A stretch of DNA of 64,000 nucleotides from Fimicolochytrium jonesii (Eukaryota). The notes under the pieces were generated by a model that was not told the origin of the DNA, did no database searches, and saw only the letters and a program-made list of their open reading frames with translations. Shown here in pieces: positions 60,683-64,000 of this stretch; the first letter of the stretch is position 1, and the number at the start of each line of letters is the position of its first letter. A program made the position numbers and the translations under genes. The stretch is taken from assembly GCF_025526975.1 (NCBI RefSeq), contig NW_026515692.1, positions 186,001 through 250,000 of the forward strand. The letters are read 5' to 3'.

Positions 60683-61609
60683 TCAGGTTCTCTTACGGCT
60701 GGTAGTCCAAGCAATATGGCCTGCACATGTCTTCTTGGAGCAGTGAAGTGCAGTTGCGACTTGGGCACTCAAGCACGCGAAACACCAGTAGGCGGCACGT
60801 TCCCTATCTGCAGACCATTCGAGGCGAACGTAGCGTCGTGGAGGCAAGAAAGGGTCCGTCGATATCTGAGTCTCGGCAAGCTGGCAGTCTGGCCGAGAAT
60901 TTATGGCGGTGCCTGTCGGACAATGGCTGCAGTTGGTATGTGATGCTTCCCAGTCGTACTCCGTAAGAGCCGCGAAGCATTTTGGATGAGCGCATGGTTT
61001 GCAGCCTCCGCCGATGGCCCAGTTAAGGGGCCCGGTGAAAGACGGCCACGGACCGCGGAGAACGTATGGGCACCATGCGCTGTAGTGGTATACCATTTGC
61101 GAGCTGCCTACCCCGTCAAAAAGAATGTTGTACTGTGTGAGGTGAGGGAGGAAGCAGAATGTCAAATTGAGCACGAGGACGTACGGCGTGTCAATGAGAT
61201 AGAGCGGTCCGCGTACCTTGATGGAGGCAATCATGGCGTTCGACTTGCGGGGATATTTCTCCAAAAGTCCCAAGTGCAGGACCAATGCAGTGCGAGGGCC
61301 ATTGCGCATGCTCGGCTTCCACCCATACTTGATGAATAAGACTGCGTCCGCTTCAGCTCGAAAGATTCGGCAGGTTTTCCTACAGTGCATTAATGTAGCA
61401 AACGACAGCATGTTGAAGATCAATCGCCGCACCTCAGGCGGAAGAAGTGCGATTCGTGAGTACATGATACATTTCATTTCGTTGGCACCGTTTTCGGGAC
61501 ATAGGGCACGCTGCTTGCTCATTGAATCAACCATCGCAGCGGGGCCGAGTGAGTGAGAGTTTGTGCGGGCGCGAGAACCGACGCCGCTTAGTAGATCGAT
61601 GATTTTCAT
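60683..61609 (-). CDS. F-box protein with a Cys-rich C-terminus (probable intron near 61135-61215)
   Basis: F-box signature LLPPEVRRLIFNMLSFATLMHCRKTCRIFR. Confidence 0.7.
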   Translation of the reverse strand: MKIIDLLSGVGSRARTNSHSLGPAAMVDSMSKQRALCPENGANEMKCIMYSRIALLPPEVRRLIFNMLSFATLMHCRKTCRIFRAEADAVLFIKYGWKPSMRNGPRTALVLHLGLLEKYPRKSNAMIASIKVRGPLYLIDTPYVLVLNLTFCFLPHLTQYNILFDGVGSSQMVYHYSAWCPYVLRGPWPSFTGPLNWAIGGGCKPCAHPKCFAALTEYDWEASHTNCSHCPTGTAINSRPDCQLAETQISTDPFLPPRRYVRLEWSADRERAAYWCFACLSAQVATALHCSKKTCAGHIAWTTSRKRT

Positions 61610-64000
61610 CGATTCCGGGCCCCAGACTGCGAGGAAGGGGCCGGGGGACGTGTAAATGACGGTTTCTGATAGAGACTGCGTTAACGATCGAGGTGGAAAC
61701 TAAGTGGGAGTGCCTTGTGATGGAAATCTCTTGTAGGACCCTGGAGATGCGCCCGCCTTTTTTTGGGCGAGGGCGGACTCCCATATCTCAGGAAGAGCCC
61801 TGCCGTGCTTCCACGCGACATCAAATGACAACATGACAGTTCCTCCCATTCCCTCCGAGTCGCGCTGTCGATTTTTTCGCCGACATCGGTAATAATTTCG
61901 CTCGCAAAGCTTGGATAAGATTCAACAAGCAAAATGAATAAATGATCCTAATAAAATAATGACCCAGAGCAGAAACGTCAAGCTCGGGAGGGAAGATCCC
62001 CCTTCGCTCAGAGAAAAGACGAGGAAAAATGATCTTATGTGCTGGTATCGCCATATCCTAATTCGGTCTGCTGAATGGGCACATGAACCTTCTGTGGAGG
62101 CGTAGCCAACTAATGCTAGATATGCAGAACTAAATGTACATATTCCCAACGATACTAAGAAGCTACAGCCTTTTCTGGAGAGACGTTCCTGGTTCCTAGG
62201 GTTAACTTTTGTGTTTCGATGTGTAATTGAAAAGCGGCGAGTCACATGGTATGCCGAAGAGTTCTCCTTTTCCTCTCGGGCTAAGTTGGAGCGCAGGCAG
62301 CGTGTGATTACGCATGTAGTTGTGCTAAGCCGTAGCGTAGTATTGCTCTGGCCAGTAGTATGTTTCCACCGTCCCTTCAATGTTGCCCCATGAGATGGAT
62401 CTCCTTTATCGCTGTCACCAAGATTGACAGATTTTCGTCCAAAGGCCATAAGGGCAGGTGGTTCGTTTATCCTTGCGGAGGCGTTTTGCACATGAGATGC
62501 ATTGCCAGTGCCCAATTCCTGCCCTTCTCCCGTTCTTTTCCTGTGGTGAGGAAAGGTCAGAACAACACGCGTCACGAAATGATCGATGAACACACTTGCA
62601 TGTTTTTCCTTCGACGAGCGCTGGGGCATGGAATGCAATGGAACGGGTACGATTAGATTAATGAATCGGGAAGTCTATGACATAGAAGTTTGTCTCTGTG
62701 TTCCTGCCGGCTTGCTGCCAAGTCCCATGACCTCCGGAGTCCTTCCGAGAGCAATTGGCGGCAGCTTTCGTCGTTACGCATGCAAACACAGAAACTCCTT
62801 AGGTGCGATCCTGCCGATGCAGGATTAGGATATCTTGATAACACTCCCGCAGAATATCAACCTTTGCGCGAATTGATTCCAACGCCTCTCGGACATTAAT
62901 TATAGTTCACTTTCAGGTCTGTGCATTCGTTGTCGAGTGCCGCTGCACAAATAGGATGGGGGCATTGTTTGTAGTCGTTCTGATTGCCCGTTGGGAAGCC
63001 TGGTGTTGCTAGCGACTTGTCAGAGTCCATTTCGGTGGTTGAGCTGTTGCAATGGAGCACGCGCGTTCGCTTTTCGTATACGCGGCGATGAAACCAGTTT
63101 GGCCCTTTGCCAATGGCTCTGGGTTGGGGCAAATCAATTGAGGCGGCTAGATGGAGCACCGGAAATGATTGCAAGGTGACTGAAATGCAGAGCGTCGGCC
63201 AGCGCTCAATGAGTAGCGGTCAAACAGGGCGAAAGCGATGGGGACCTGGCATGTGGTCATTGTCATGAAGCACTCCGCCGTAATCAGATGGGGGGACTTG
63301 GATAGAAGAAAATTCTAGTTATCATATGATCACATATGTAGAATGAAAGGTGGTGGCGGGATCGACAGCACAAAAACCCAATTGACAGCACATACGCGCT
63401 GTCGAATTCCTCTTCTGTGCAAAACGGCTGGCGAGGCTGCAAACGAGAAGAATAATACGAAGGAAAGTCCACGGCACATTTCAACTCCTACATATGATAG
63501 TACGACTCTTGCAGAAACGAGTCATTCGATACTATTTTTCCTTGAGAATTCTTCCCCGGGGCGGTGAGTGGACCCTCTGTGGCCCTCTGTGGCCCTTTGT
63601 CGGAAAGCGGGAGGGCAATGGGTAGGTGGACAAGCATGGATTTCATGTAGACCCTCATCGACCACAAACTCTACAAGCAGACTTACAAAAGTGCCAAAAG
63701 ATGCTTTCGCGAGAGATGGACTGTGAAGCGCTCATCCGGATGTAAATCTGTATAAGTGCGGGTGGATTCTAAAAGGGCGGCCCTGTCGATTTTCCTTACA
63801 ATGAGCAATATGACTCGCAAATAGCGGGGCAGCAACGAAACGAACAGGAGCTAAGGAAGCCCCACGCCACAGTCGAAGTTGCACATCCCTGGGAGAGTAC
63901 GACGATTACATGGACAAGTCATCCTATGTCATCACAACAAAAAAAAGGCTGCCCCACCCCACTTATCACGTCGATGTCACTGAGGCGGGGGAAGGGTTTA

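Noticed and set aside
61922..64000. ORFs in the last 2 kb
   Set aside because: No recognisable domains or consistent splice model; left unannotated.

Overview
Eukaryotic DNA, most likely fungal. It shows GTAAGT/CTRAC/YAG introns and TTAGGG-type repeats, and the gene content suggests an early-diverging lineage (inference). About 0.6-46.5 kb is a deeply nested transposon cluster. It holds several Ty3/Gypsy lineages, two Ty1/Copia families, two Tc1 elements and a PIF/Harbinger element, almost all decayed. About 46.5-64 kb is gene-bearing: a kinase remnant, a TM-HAMP receptor-like gene, a CUE-AlkB-GRF dioxygenase, a secreted Cys-rich protein, a HAD hydrolase and an F-box protein. Three results stand out. 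(1) A chromodomain Gypsy element (8.6-16.7 kb) has a Pol frame that begins with a Dam-like DNA N6-adenine methyltransferase domain (DLFA...NPPW), placed between Gag and protease. (2) A multi-copy Copia family ('Copia-A') combines a Gypsy-like capsid, a chromodomain between integrase and RT, non-canonical LTR ends, and a conserved antisense accessory ORF with its own TATA box. (3) There is a possible short LTR carrying a tRNA-Glu-like sequence. All domain calls come from motifs recognised by eye, with no database searches. Family labels (A-G) are my own working names, and fragment boundaries are approximate unless a TSD or terminal motif is cited.
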